Counted from the first letter of the stretch, positions 25,163 through 38,473 are shown. The stretch is DNA of 64,000 bases from Octopus sinensis (GCF_006345805.1 NC_042997.1:70432001-70496000); one strand, 5' to 3'. The notes: generated from the sequence alone by a model not told the origin. Program-made: numbers and translations.

Positions 25163-27201
25163 TATCGCTACGGCTAGAAAGGGAGCAGTAGACCCCCTTA
25201 GTCACAGTATACGGACACAGATCATGTGCCAGTATCAGCTGGAAAAGATGTTTTCCTGAGGCTAAAAAGTAGTAACATCGTCCTGCGTTGGACTGCTACG
25301 TTGCGTTGGCAAATAGACTTTCCTGTACGGTACTATTACTACATATCTGTCGCCCAGATATTTCTCTTTATACACAAACACGCGCGAACGCATAGTGAAA
25401 ATCACGATTTACCAAAGGAAATATTAATCCAAGATATTCATTATCCACCCAGTAATATATGCATATGGACATCTAATAAGCTACGAAGCAGGACAAATAT
25501 ATGGTAAGACGTTTTACGGTAGAACATGAGCCAAATTTCATGGTACTGAGAGGTCTGTAGATATCACGTCAACAACTTTAGGTATCTCCCAAATACTTAT
25601 ATAAATTTAGTTTTCTGGAATTTATGTTACCCCAAGTTATATTGTGGTAGAGTGAGAGTCACTCTGATGCTTCAGCAGCGACCTCTGACATTTTTATTTA
25701 AATGCCCTGCGCTAGTCAAACATTTATGTCTTGCGTTAAGACTGCATAACCTGCAATTGATAAAGTTCTAACTAGATGGTCAAATAGTCTCGTATTGATG
25801 TACAAGGTATTCCGTCCGCCTACAACAATGAAATGCTAGCACTTCTGAAGTTTCAGGTATGCAGAATATGTAATATCAATAATATTACACTAGGGAGAAC
25901 ATTTTTATCTCAGAAATATCGGGTGATTTCACATATGTACGAAGAAATTTATTTTTCACATTTCATGGAACTAAGATAGATGAATGAAATTATTAGTAAA
26001 ATATAAATGAAATCTTTTGAAAGACTGAAATTCAAATAAAACAACTAGTGTAATAGATATAGTATTAATAAGAGATATAGTATTAATTCCATGTAAGATA
26101 GCGTGTGGGACATGCTTAGCACATAAGAACAACTGTTATAGATTGTTTACTATTATATGACATGTTTTAATTTCGGTAGAATACTGTTGTCCCTGTGGAT
26201 AATATCAAGTAATGTTACATAGATACAATAGTCATATTTATATTTTATTCATGGGCATTATATGGAATAAAAATCTAATCAAATTTCAAAGCACTATAAA
26301 AATAAGATTAATGAAACTTGGCATTCGTATGTTTGCAATAAATAAATGTACTCAATAACATTAGAACTTTATCATTTACAATTACAACAAACTAGAAAAT
26401 GCTGATAATGAAGGGTGGTGAAAAATGTTTAAATATATTACAGAACTTTCACTTCAGTTTTACTTTCACTATACAAATTGGAAGCTCCAAATCATTTTAT
26501 GTATAATTGTCAGCTTCAATGCTTTCACTTCACAAGAAACCAATTATTAAAAAAATATATCAAGATTATATCAATACAAAATTTATCAATTCCCTGAATT
26601 TGACATTTCTTTTACCTAAGTAATGCCATTAAAACTATATTTTAGTTTTAATAATTCTAAAGTAAATCCTCAGATGCTCATTTTCAGGATTTTAAATTAG
26701 AGATACAAAAGTCAATATATACATCATAAAAATCTATACGTTTTTGCCGTCCGCTATTTCAATCACAAGAAACTAATAAAAAAATACCTTCTAAGTCAGA
26801 CACTTATTATATCTGTCGTTCGCAACTTCAACTTTTTATCTGTCATTTTATCCCTCCCATTTTTTATCTTCACTTCACTTCAGTAAGTGACGGCTAACAT
26901 TCAACGTTAAAACAACTGCCAACAATACCTACCACATAGACGTAATGTGTCACGAATCTTTCGCCGCTTGTAACTTTCGAAAGCTACAATACGGAGTTGA
27001 ATACATTCATAATTCTCGCCTTAAAATAAAGCGAACAACGAACAACGACAAATGAATACCTAGGATATTGCAGTTACCATCAAAGTTACTATGCAGAACG
27101 CTGTAAATGTTAGTATTAGTATGTCCTCAGTAAAATAAAATCATTCTACCAACAACAGAAAAAACTACACCACATTAATTGCGTACTATATTATTATCAG
27201 T

Positions 27202-27338
27202 CCGCCGAGGTCGGCTTCGCCTTTCATCCTTTCGGAGCAGATAAATTAAGTACCAGTTGCGTTCTGGTGTCGTTCTAATCGACTGGTCCCCTCACCTAAA
27301 ATTTCGAGCCATGTGCCTAGAGTAGAAAAAGAATATAT
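27202..27338 (+). mobile_element. SINE family A, 3' part
   Basis: CCGCCGAGGTCGGCTTCGCCTTTCATCCTTTCGG...GATAAATTAAGTACCAGTTG...GTGCCTAGAGTAGAAAAAG. Confidence 0.8.
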
Positions 27339-27560
27339 TATTGTCAGTGTCTATTTCCCAATATTCAGTACATATCTTTATTGAACCACCTCAATTTTTC
27401 TCTTGGACAAAATCTTTTAAAGCAGAAATCTTGAAATATAACATAAACGTATAAAGTGCAGAATTTTTTTGTATTTTATTTTTCTGCCATTTTGTAGTTT
27501 CCTTCGAAAACAATTATACAGTGCCTTATGTAAACTGTATTGTCCATATATGAATGTATA

Positions 27561-27629
<69 letters not shown>

Positions 27630-27690
27630 CATATATATATGTATGTATGTATGTATATATATATATGTTATATGTATGTAATCTATACAT

Positions 27691-27724
<34 letters not shown>

Positions 27725-28311
27725 AAATATATATACATATATATAATTTTTACATATATATATTTATATACATATATATTATATATGTATATATATATAT
27801 ATATAACATACACACATATATATATTTGTATTCATGTATGTATGTGTGTGTGTGAGTACGTTCTGTGTATATGTGTGTTTGTAAAAATCCATGAATAAAT
27901 ATACTGACATTCAGACTGAGGTATAAACAAAATGTTTAGTTTGGCATGATGATTTTCTCTTCCACTTGCAATAACAACTGATTGTTTCCCTTGTTCGCAA
28001 TTCATATTTTATTATCTGAACTAAAGTGCAAATAAATGTTATATTCCAAATTATATACAATTGAATATTAAATGTCTGTGTATTAATTTTCTGTCTTGCA
28101 ACCGCTCCTGTTTTTCTCTTCCTCTTTCACGCTTTCCCTTCCTGTTTCCTACTCCCCCTTCTTCCCCCTCTCCCTTTCCTTCTTTATATCATATCCAGCA
28201 CTGACACCATTGACAAAACAACACCAGCAAAAGCAATTTCCCTTCCACCATCATACATTTCAAAAGACCAGTCTCGCTAGCATCAGGCCTTATACCCAAT
28301 AACTCACGCGT

Positions 28312-28363
<52 letters not shown>

Positions 28364-29948
28364 ACACACGCACGCACGCACGCACACACATAAATACATA
28401 GCCATATGCACGGACACACATGCAACCAGCATTGTCACCACATATATCTCGCCCGCATCTCTGTTACCTCACGCTGCAAAGCCACGAGTTTTGCCGCAGG
28501 ATAGTAAAAAAAATAATATTCCGTAGCTAGCAAGTTCTTTCTTTTGTTTTCTGCATTTACTGATTTTGTTCTGTTGCATTTATTGCTATTGTTGTTGTTA
28601 TTATTGTTGAGTAGTGTTTCGGTTAGATTTTTGTTTTTTGTTTTGTTTATAAGAAGAATTGTTTACTTGCTATTTGCTTTTTTTCTTCACTCCTGTCTTT
28701 TTCTCCCCTTTTAATTCTCATTATAATTCTTCTTGATTCTTTTCGTTTTTAATTTATGTTTTCTACGGTGCATTTGCTATTGTTGTTGCTTTTATTAATT
28801 TCCTTACCTTCATACCATTATTCTTTACCAATAATGTCCTTCCCTTCTTCTGCTTTTGCTTTAAGGTATCACTGTCGGCAAACGGCAAATTTTCATTCAT
28901 TGAAACACGTTGCTAACGCCACGTGACCATGCGTATCTTTCTTTCAGTTGCCTCCACTATTCGCCGCTGTATAACTCTTGCTAGCTTTATTCTATTTAAT
29001 AAAAAGCACACATTCATAAGCAGACAAACATATACGCACACATATACAGACCCATACAGATAACTCTTAATCAAGTATACGTAATATTAAAGACGGAAAT
29101 CTTAAACATTCTGCGCACTTCTACGTTAAACTATGTTTCACATTTTCAATATGTCTGACTTCTTTGTTTTACCGAAGTGATTCTTGTGTATTAAAAGGCC
29201 ATTGGCTATCACTTGAGCACGATTTTCCCTTCAGGTAGAAGACAGACATTGAAAATCTCCTTTATTGAATATGTTAAAGTTGTATTAGCAAAATCCTTTA
29301 ACAAACATTTTGTAAACGGAGTGTATGCTGGATTAAATTGTCTAAAATATCTTAGAAAGCAATGATTCGCAGATCTGAGATTTAATAAAATTTCACAATG
29401 CATAATATATTCGACTAGGGCATTATATGATAATCAGTCTAATACATAATATGGGATAAATTCTATCTAATTGTTGAAAATTACCAAAAACTCGTAACTA
29501 TGCAGAAGAATTTGAAAATGCAATCTTAAACATACGATGTAATGGACTTTCAATGCACGCTTTTAGGAAGTGGAGATTAACTGAGACATGTGATTTTCTG
29601 TGGATTATGGGATAATACGTATATTCTTGATAAATATCTATTGTGCTTATACTACTCTTTCAGAAAATTCTTAAGACATGTCAACTCTTTCGATGTATTG
29701 GCTTTTGAATGATGGACAGATACATTGATAAATATATAAATCCTGTAAATACAAGTCTTTGGGTATTAGAAATACAATAGCAAGTCCAGTGTTGCTATGG
29801 TATATTTAATTTATCATTGTAGCTTCTCCTTGGGAAATAGATACTGCATTTATCTTCCATCGCGTGTATATATGAGGGACATTCAGAAAAGTCGATCATA
29901 TTTTACAGGTAGACTAAATCACGTTAGTTCTCAGTTGATACTCGACTG

Positions 29949-30199
29949 CATTGGTTCTCAAACACTTTTTGCCCATTCGCCCCTATAATTCCTATTTTAT
30001 TCAGATGGACCCTCATAACCATTCGATATTAAAAAAAATTTTAAGCATTGAATGTTATTAGGAATTGTTTTTAAAAATATTATCAGATATTGTGTGTATT
30101 GTAGGAGCATAAGTAATTTATTGCGCATACATTTTAACAACAACAAAAAAATCCTACATGGGCCATCAAGGCCATGTGGGCCCCTGTTAAGAACCACTG
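29949..30199. mobile_element. hAT-type MITE
   Basis: TIRs CATTGGTTCTCAA / TTAAGAACCACTG; flanking 8-mers CTCGACTG and GTCTACTA match at 5 of 8 (aged 8 bp TSD). Confidence 0.7.
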
Positions 30200-30800
30200 G
30201 TCTACTATTTCATTTATGTAGAGACACTTACACAAACATAAAACTAGCGAAATTTACAGCTGCAAATGAAAGTAAGGAAAAAGGATACATACTCATATGT
30301 AATATTAAACGCGAATCATTCGCAAAACAGAGGCATATTTTAATTGCACATATTTAATAAATAGAAGTAAACAATAATTAAGGAACTTCTAAGATAAGTC
30401 ATTATCATCTTTTATAAGATCTTCTTACTTACGGAAAAACGTAAACAAAAAGGAAGAAAATATTATAGAAACGGAAGAATATATAAATATATATAAATAC
30501 ACATATATATACATATAAACACATATGTAGACACATGTAAACACTCATATATACGCATCCGCATATGCATGTGAGCAGATGTGTATATACATGTGGGAAT
30601 GCATGGTCGTATCTATACGCTTGTGTTTATATATTTCTCTTTTATATACATGTTTACATATAATATATACACATATATAAATATATATTCATATATATAC
30701 ACCAATGTTTATATGTATATGAATATATTCATACACACACGCTCGCACATGTGTATATCTATGTGTGTCCGCGTGTGTGTGTGTTGTCAAATATATATTT

Positions 30801-30961
30801 GACAGGCTTCTTTCAGTTTCCATCTACAAAATCCACTCACAAAGCTTTGGTCGGCCTGGTCTATAGTAGAAGAAACTTGCTCAAGGTTCCACGCTGTGAG
30901 ATTGAACCCGGAAACATGTGGTTGGTAACCAGGCTACTGACCACACACCCATTACTGCGCC
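30801..30961 (-). mobile_element. SINE family B, 5' half
   Basis: reverse complement of the tRNA head plus GGAAACTGAAAGAAGCCTGTC core. Confidence 0.8.
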
Positions 30962-31331
30962 TAAGTACGTCTACATGTAGGTATGTATATATGTATATAT
31001 GTATATATATAACTGTCTATATAAATATATGTATATATATACTATTATATTAAATTATATTATATTATTATCTTTTATCTATAAATCTAAGCGTAAGCCT
31101 CTCTCTCTTAGAAATAGCAAGCAGATTATGTGTTGATAATATATTTAAGCTATTTGTTCTAAAGTAATTTTTTACGTCATCAGCATACATTATATACTAT
31201 ATACATATATATATATATAATATATTATATATATATATTTAATATATATTATATATATATAGATAGATAGATAGATACATACATACATACATACATACAC
31301 AGATATATGTATATGTATATATATATATAAT

Positions 31332-31372
<41 letters not shown>

Positions 31373-31508
31373 CATATACATCCATCCATCCAAAGAGGGG
31401 GAGAGAGAGAGAAAGGAAGATAGATAGATAGATAGATAAATAGATAGATGAAGGTAGGTAGGTTTGGTAGGTAGGTAGGTAGGTAGCTAGACAGACAGAC
31501 AGACAGAC

Positions 31509-31592
<84 letters not shown>

Positions 31593-31807
31593 GGGTAGGT
31601 AATTATTTTGTATATAGATTTATTTATAGGCATCTGGAGGAAGAATATCTTGGATCCATAAGAGCAGATCCTGTAGATAATGTATTTACCACAACCAATG
31701 ACAAGTACAATTAATGTTGTTATATATTTACTACAAACACATGTGCCTGTTCATATATACGTATATGTATATATGTATATACATACATACATTCATACAT
31801 ACACATA

Positions 31808-31846
<39 letters not shown>

Positions 31847-32764
31847 TATATATAATTATACCACATATGTATATATATATGTAGATATCTATCTCTTCTC
31901 TCTCTATATATATATATATATAATATGGTGTATGTCCATATATATAATATATATATATATATATTATATATATATATTATATCTATATATATACATACAT
32001 ACACACACATAGAGATTATAATATATATTGTGTACGCATATGTGTGCGCGTGTGTGTGCTTCTGTGTGTGAGTCTGCGAGTGCTTTTGTGTGTATGAATG
32101 TGTTTGTGTGTGTGCGCGCGCGGGCGCGTATGTATATATACCAAGGCTACTTCCTTTCGCAATCAAAATAATTTTTTCCCCACTATATCATCTGATAACT
32201 CCCACATCTTTAAACAGGAAATATGTAGACAATAATATCATATAATATAGTATATTGATTTTTCATATGCAGCAACATCTGTAGAAACATTTATGCGTAT
32301 TTATGTATGCAGTTAAATGATGAAATGAAAATTAGTTTGACTCGGATAAGAAGCGTTTTATAATGTCATTTATCACCAAAACCGATATATATATATATAT
32401 ATATATACAGAAGTAAATATATGGCACAACGAAGTACCGATATTTACTGGAAATAGCGAGCGTAATAACACGACGCTAATGTATAGCTTCACCGCGTATG
32501 TACAAGCAAAAATGGAAACACAAGGCGTTATATAATGTCATTCATTATAAACCGACGTATTATATGTATGTATATGTATATATATATGTATAATATATAT
32601 ATATTATATATATATTATATATATAGTATATATGTATGTGTATATCTATATATAATCTATATATATATATATAATATATATAATATATTATTATACATAT
32701 ATATATATATATAATATATATAAGAATATATATATATATATAAATATACATACATATCTATATA

Positions 32765-32886
<122 letters not shown>

Positions 32887-32900
32887 ATATATATATATAT

Positions 32901-33233
32901 AGGGAGATGTACTTGCATACCAGTGATTTGATTTGAGATCGTGTGCTGAACGAAAACAATTGCAGCGTGGAAGGTGTTTGTAAACCATTTAAGAAACACA
33001 CAAAAGCCGTTCGATTCACTTCAACATTTAAGTTAATTTATCAAAATATTTTCGACGCTAAAATCCGCGAACCTGTTCACTGACAAAAATCCGTGCTGCG
33101 AATTTTTGTCAGTGACAGGTCGCGGATTTTAGCGTCGAAAATATTTTGATAAATAAACTTAAATGTTGAAGTGAATCGAACGGCTTTTGTGTGTTTCTTA
33201 AATGGCTTACAAACACCTTCCACGCTGCAATTG

Positions 33234-33236
<3 letters not shown>
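32901..33236. mobile_element. head-to-head palindrome of a PLE-like pseudo-LTR fragment
   Basis: 32955-33090 mirrored at 33102-33236 around an 11 nt spacer; each arm reads HHR, AT-rich stretch, then ATGGCTTACAAACACCTTCCACGCTGC; same family fragment at 41950-42020. Confidence 0.85.
33039..33085 (-). ncRNA. minimal type I hammerhead candidate with G3-C8 swapped core
   Basis: TGTCA-GTGAACA-G-GTTCGC(ggatttta)GCGTC-GAA-AATATT-T-TGATA; 5 bp stem I, palindromic stem III; mirror copy at 33107-33151 lacks one core A. Confidence 0.62.
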
Positions 33237-33279
<43 letters not shown>

Positions 33280-33282
33280 TAC

Positions 33283-33314
<32 letters not shown>

Positions 33315-33529
33315 TATCAACATATACATATGTCGGCTTTAATAATGAATGACATTATATAACGCCTCTTCTCCACATCAAACTAATTTTTATTTCATTA
33401 TTCAACTCACCATGCATAAATACGTATAAACGTACATACATGCATACATAGATACATACATACATACATATATATATGTGTGTGTGTGTGCGTGTGTGTG
33501 TGTGTGTGTGCGTGTGCGCGTGTGTGTCA

Positions 33530-33660
33530 TTGAACGCCCAGGAAAGGAAAGAAACAAGGAGGATTCAACGTTTCGAGCGAAGCTCTTCTTCAGAAGCATA
33601 GGAAAAGAAAAGATCCAAGGAAAATCGCCAACAATACACACGTGGTCACATACTGAATAT
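33530..33660 (-). mobile_element. PLE tail fragment with canonical-core hammerhead (33564-33597), inverted relative to the adjacent RT
   Basis: minus strand CTGAAGA-A-GAGC(ttc)GCTC-GAAAC-GTT; stem I only about 2 bp. Confidence 0.65.
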
Positions 33661-33689
33661 ATATAGAGAGAGCTTCGTGCACTCTAAGA

Positions 33690-34190
33690 CTACCTTGACC
33701 TTTTACCCAAACCCCAACCTGACACATCCACACTCCTTCGTCTGGCCGAACTTGTTTCTCCCTTAACTGCTTCTCATCCGCGGGTGATTTTTGCCAGCAA
33801 TTCTCGAGAGTGCCATCGGAACGAGAATAGGGCCCCAACTATGTGAACCTGTTCGTTGGCTACGTTGAGGTCGAAATATTCTCAAGTTTCACAGGTCCTA
33901 CTCCCGAACTATACGGCCGTTATATTGACAACTGTATCGGTGCGACCTCACACTGCCGAGAACATCTAGACTCCTTCCTCTCTTTTGTCAAATCTTTCCA
34001 TCCTGCCCTACACTTCTCCTGCACTATTTCCATCACTTCCGTCGACTTTCTCGACATTTCGGTCAGCATTCATCACTCCGCTCTCACCACCTCCATCCAC
34101 TACAAATACATAGACTCACACCCATACCTCAACTTCTCCTCCCACCCTAAAGACACAAAGCTCTCCATCCCCTATTCCCAATTCCTCCGT
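33690..34190 (+). mobile_element. Penelope-like element RT fragment
   Basis: TLLRLAELV, AIGTRIGPNYVNLFVGYVE, YGRYIDNCIG, VDFLDISV, LTTSIHYKYIDSHPYLNFSS.HP...SIPYSQFLRL. Confidence 0.92.
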
Positions 34191-34588
34191 CTTACCTCCC
34201 TTGCATCCAATCTGCTCACTCAGGTACTATTAGATCCAACACCGTTTGGAAATCTGTGCTGATTCAATGTCGCTTGGAAATCTGTGTTGATTCAGCTATG
34301 ACGAAACCGGTATGACTTTCTATAATAACTCGTATTAATGATTTTTATACTTCTTAATTCCATCTCAAATTATTTGTTTGTATGTATATATCCTTGTTTT
34401 TATAAAAGTAAAAAAAATAGCCATAACTTTTATACCTAGTATGCGTTTTCTTTGTTTCTTATTACTTATTTATACCACTTTTACCTATTTATTCCACTTG
34501 TAGTCTTCTTTGTTGGAAACCTGTTTCTATTAGAAATATTAAATTTCTAAATGTCTCAAAGAAACATGAGCGGTGCTGGAGCGATAGA

Positions 34589-34798
34589 GTGGTTGTAAAC
34601 TGTCAACTTAACGTAACAGTCCCGTATAGGAATTACACCAGCGCTGTTTAGCCCTAGGAAGCATCGAACGCTTCCTGTCGACTTGGACACAGAAAATGTG
34701 TCAAAGCCGACAGGAAGCGTTTGATGCTTCCTAGTGCTAAACAGCGGTATGTAATTCCTATACGGGACTGTTACGTTAAGTTGACAGTATACAACCAC
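34589..34798. repeat. 210 bp near-perfect palindrome (MITE-like hairpin)
   Basis: about 103 bp arms around a 5 nt GAAAA loop (34692-34696), few mismatches. Confidence 0.92.
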
Positions 34799-34811
34799 CC
34801 TGTTTCCATTA

Positions 34812-35003
34812 TTACTCTTTACTCTTTTACTTGTTTCAGTCATTTGACTGCGGCCGTGCTGGAGCACCGCCTTTAGTCGAGCAAATCGACCCCGGGACTT
34901 ATTCTTTCTAAGCCCAATACTTATTCTATCGATCTCTTTTGCCGAACCGCTAAGTGACGGTTGTCAAGCAATGCTAGGGGGGACAAACACAGACACACAA
35001 ACC

Positions 35004-35058
<55 letters not shown>

Positions 35059-35279
35059 GCGGCGAGCTGGCAGAAACGTTAGCATGCCGGGCGAAATGCT
35101 TAGCGGTATTTTGTCTGCCGCTACGTTCTGAGTTCAAATTCCGCCGAGGTCGACTTTGCCTTTCATCCTTTCGTGGTCGATAAATTAAGTACCAGTTCAC
35201 TGGGGTCGATGTAATCGACTTAATCCGTTTGTCTGTCCTTGTTTGTCCCCTCTGTGTTTAGCCCCTTGTGGGTAGTAAA

Positions 35280-35316
<37 letters not shown>

Positions 35317-35481
35317 TACGACAGGCTTCTTTCAGTTTCCGTCTACCAAATCCACTCACAAGGCATTGGTCGGCCCGGGGCTATAGCAGAAGACACTTGC
35401 CCAAGATGCCACGCAGTGGGATTGAACCCGGAACCATGTGGTTGGTTAGCAAGCTACTTACCACACAGCCACTCCTGTGCC
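34812..35481 (-). mobile_element. SINE family B interrupted in its internal (TA)n by a family A SINE
   Basis: 3' half at 34812-34995 and 5' half at 35317-35481, collinear on the minus strand. Confidence 0.88.
35058..35282 (+). mobile_element. SINE family A, full length
   Basis: GGCGGCGAGCTGGCAGAA A box, GAGTTCAAATTCC B box, GACTTTGCCTTTCATCCTTTCG.GGTCGATAAATTAAGTACC central domain. Confidence 0.9.
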
Positions 35482-35645
35482 TGTATATATATACATATAT
35501 ACATATATGTGTATATATGTATATATATATGTATATATATATATATATTATATATATATATACGCATGCATTCATGGATGTATAGTATATACATATATGT
35601 GCATACACACACACACACACACACCTATATATATATATAATATAG

Positions 35646-35683
<38 letters not shown>

Positions 35684-35684
<1 letters not shown>

Positions 35685-36076
35685 CATTACTGTCTTTGTC
35701 ATTTGTTATATACATTCATAAAATACATACACAAACACACACACAACACACACATATACAAAGATAGAAAGAGTGACATACAGATAGATAGTTAGATAGA
35801 GAGCTAGATAAATAGATACATACATACATACATACGTATCTATTAACCGTCACTTGTTCCAGTCATTGCACTGCAGTTTGTTCTGTCACCGCTCTGAAAG
35901 ATTTAGTCGAACAATTCTCGCACAGTTCTTACACTTTAATTCCTAATACTTGTTCTATCGCTCACTTGTCGCAGGATTGAAGTTAAGCAAATCATCACGT
36001 GCTGTCAAGTGTAGGTGGATTACAATCACACAAGACACTCCCGCATACATACACACACATATACATACACGCATAT

Positions 36077-36119
<43 letters not shown>

Positions 36120-36960
36120 TGTGAGTGTGTGAGAGTTTGTTTGAGTGTCTGTGTGTGTGTGTGTGCGCGTGTGTATCTGTGTGTTTTCTCTATGTGTGTA
36201 TGCATGCATGTATGCATGTATATAATTATATTCTTTTACTTTCCGTGAAAAATATCCGCTCACGAGTCTGTAGTCGGGCCGAGGCTATAGTCGATTACAG
36301 TTGTCCAAATGTCCAGGCTGTGGTAATGAACCCAGAACCATATGGTTGAAATGTAAACGTCTTAGCACACTGCTTTGTTTGTGTCAATATACAGGATGTT
36401 AGGGCTAAACTTGACAGTTTGCATACAAGTCAAAGAAAACACAATATTCCATCCAAAACTGAAGCTATTTTTAAAGAGATCAAAGAAGATCAAATATTTT
36501 ATAGCTGGAAGTACTTGAGTCCTCTACAGTAGCTAACTCTTTCTCTGTAAACCAATACATTTAGTTGTTCCTGAAAATAGAAGGAAATTACCGTGAAATT
36601 TATCGAAATTTCGCCAGGGCCCGTTATATGTATATTTGGTGTGTGTGTGTGCCCGCGCGTGCGTGTGTGTGTTTAATTTGTGGTGTTGGTGTATATATAT
36701 ATATATATATATACTATATATATATATATATATATATATACGTATATAATATATAGGTATATATATATAAATTATATATGTATATATAAATATTGTATTA
36801 TCTATATATTATTATATTATATATGTATGTATCTATCTATCTATCTATCTACTATATATATATATATGGATATATATATATAATATATAATATATATATA
36901 TATATTATATATATATATATATATTATATATGTATAAATAGTTTCTATATATATGCATAG

Positions 36961-36991
<31 letters not shown>

Positions 36992-37006
36992 CGTATACAC
37001 ACACAC

Positions 37007-37071
<65 letters not shown>

Positions 37072-37469
37072 CATTTACTGTCTTTGTCATTTGTTATATA
37101 CATTCATAAAATACATACACAAACACACACACAACACACACATATACAAAGATAGAAAGAGTGACATACAGATAGATAGTTAGATAGAGAGCTAGATAAA
37201 TAGCATACATACATACATACATCATACGTATCTATTAACCGTAACTTGTTTCCAGTCATTGCGTGCAGTTTGTTCTGTCACCGCTCTGAAAGATTTAGTC
37301 GAACAATCTCGCACAGTTCTTACACTTTAATTCCTAATACTTGTCTCTATCGCTCACTTGTCGCAGGATTGAAGTTAAGCAAATCATCACGTGCTGTCAA
37401 GTGTAGGTGGATTACAATCACACAAGACACTCCCGCATACATACACAACACATATACATACACGCATAT

Positions 37470-37517
<48 letters not shown>

Positions 37518-38087
37518 TCTGTGTGAGAGTTTGTTTGAGTAGTGTCTGTGTGTGTGTGTGTGCGCGTGTGTATCTGTGTGTTTCTCTCTATGTGTGTATG
37601 CATGCATGTATGCATGTATATAATTATATTCTTTTACTTTCCGTGAAAAATATCCGCTCACGAGTCTGTAGTCGGGCCGAGGCTATAGTCGATTACAGTT
37701 GTCCAAATGTCCAGGCTGTGGTAATGAACCCAGAACCATATGGTTGAAATGTAAACGTCTTAGCACACTGCTTTGTTTGTGTCAATATACAGGATGTTAG
37801 GGCTAAACTTGACAGTTTGCATACAAGTCAAAGAAAACACAATATTCCATCCAAAACTGAAGCTATTTTTAAAGAGATCAAAGAAGATCAAATATTTTAT
37901 AGCTGGAAGTACTTGAGTCCTCTACAGTAGCTAACTCTTTCTCTGTAAACCAATACATTTAGTTGTTCCTGAAAATAGAAGAGAAATTACCGTGAAATTT
38001 ATCGAAATTTCGCCAGGGCCCGTATATATGTATATTTGTGTGTGTGTGTGCCCGCGCGTGCGTGTGTGTGTTTAATTGTGTGTGTTG

Positions 38088-38143
<56 letters not shown>

Positions 38144-38250
38144 GTATATAATATATAGGTATATATATATAAATTATATATGTATATATATAATATTGTA
38201 TATATATATATATATAATATATATATATATGTATGTATCTATCTATCTAT
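35684..38250 (+). repeat. tandem duplication of about 1.39 kb (includes decayed SINE B pieces)
   Basis: 35684-~36860 repeats at 37071-~38250; differences are mostly 1 nt indels. Confidence 0.95.
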
Positions 38251-38267
38251 CTATCTATCTATATATC

Positions 38268-38347
<80 letters not shown>

Positions 38348-38371
38348 ATATATATATCTATATATATATAG

Positions 38372-38402
<31 letters not shown>

Positions 38403-38409
38403 CGTATAT

Positions 38410-38473
<64 letters not shown>

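Larger units (their letters stand above)
24545..25377. repeat. three-copy non-coding repeat cluster (minus, minus, plus), each copy carrying a hammerhead motif
   Basis: shared GACACATGATCTG, GGAGTCTAC, CCTGTAG blocks; copies about 24545-24770 (-), 24806-25073 (-), 25074-25377 (+). Confidence 0.88.

Noticed and set aside
25789-25857. Possible exon SRIDVQGIPSAYNNEMLALLKFQ ending at CAG/GTATGC
   Set aside because: Weak acceptor, no recognisable protein and no partner exons.
28870-28980. E-box CACGTG and X-box-like half-site; also CRE TGACGTCA at about 23264 and 62470
   Set aside because: Short motifs expected by chance, with no gene or TSS evidence.
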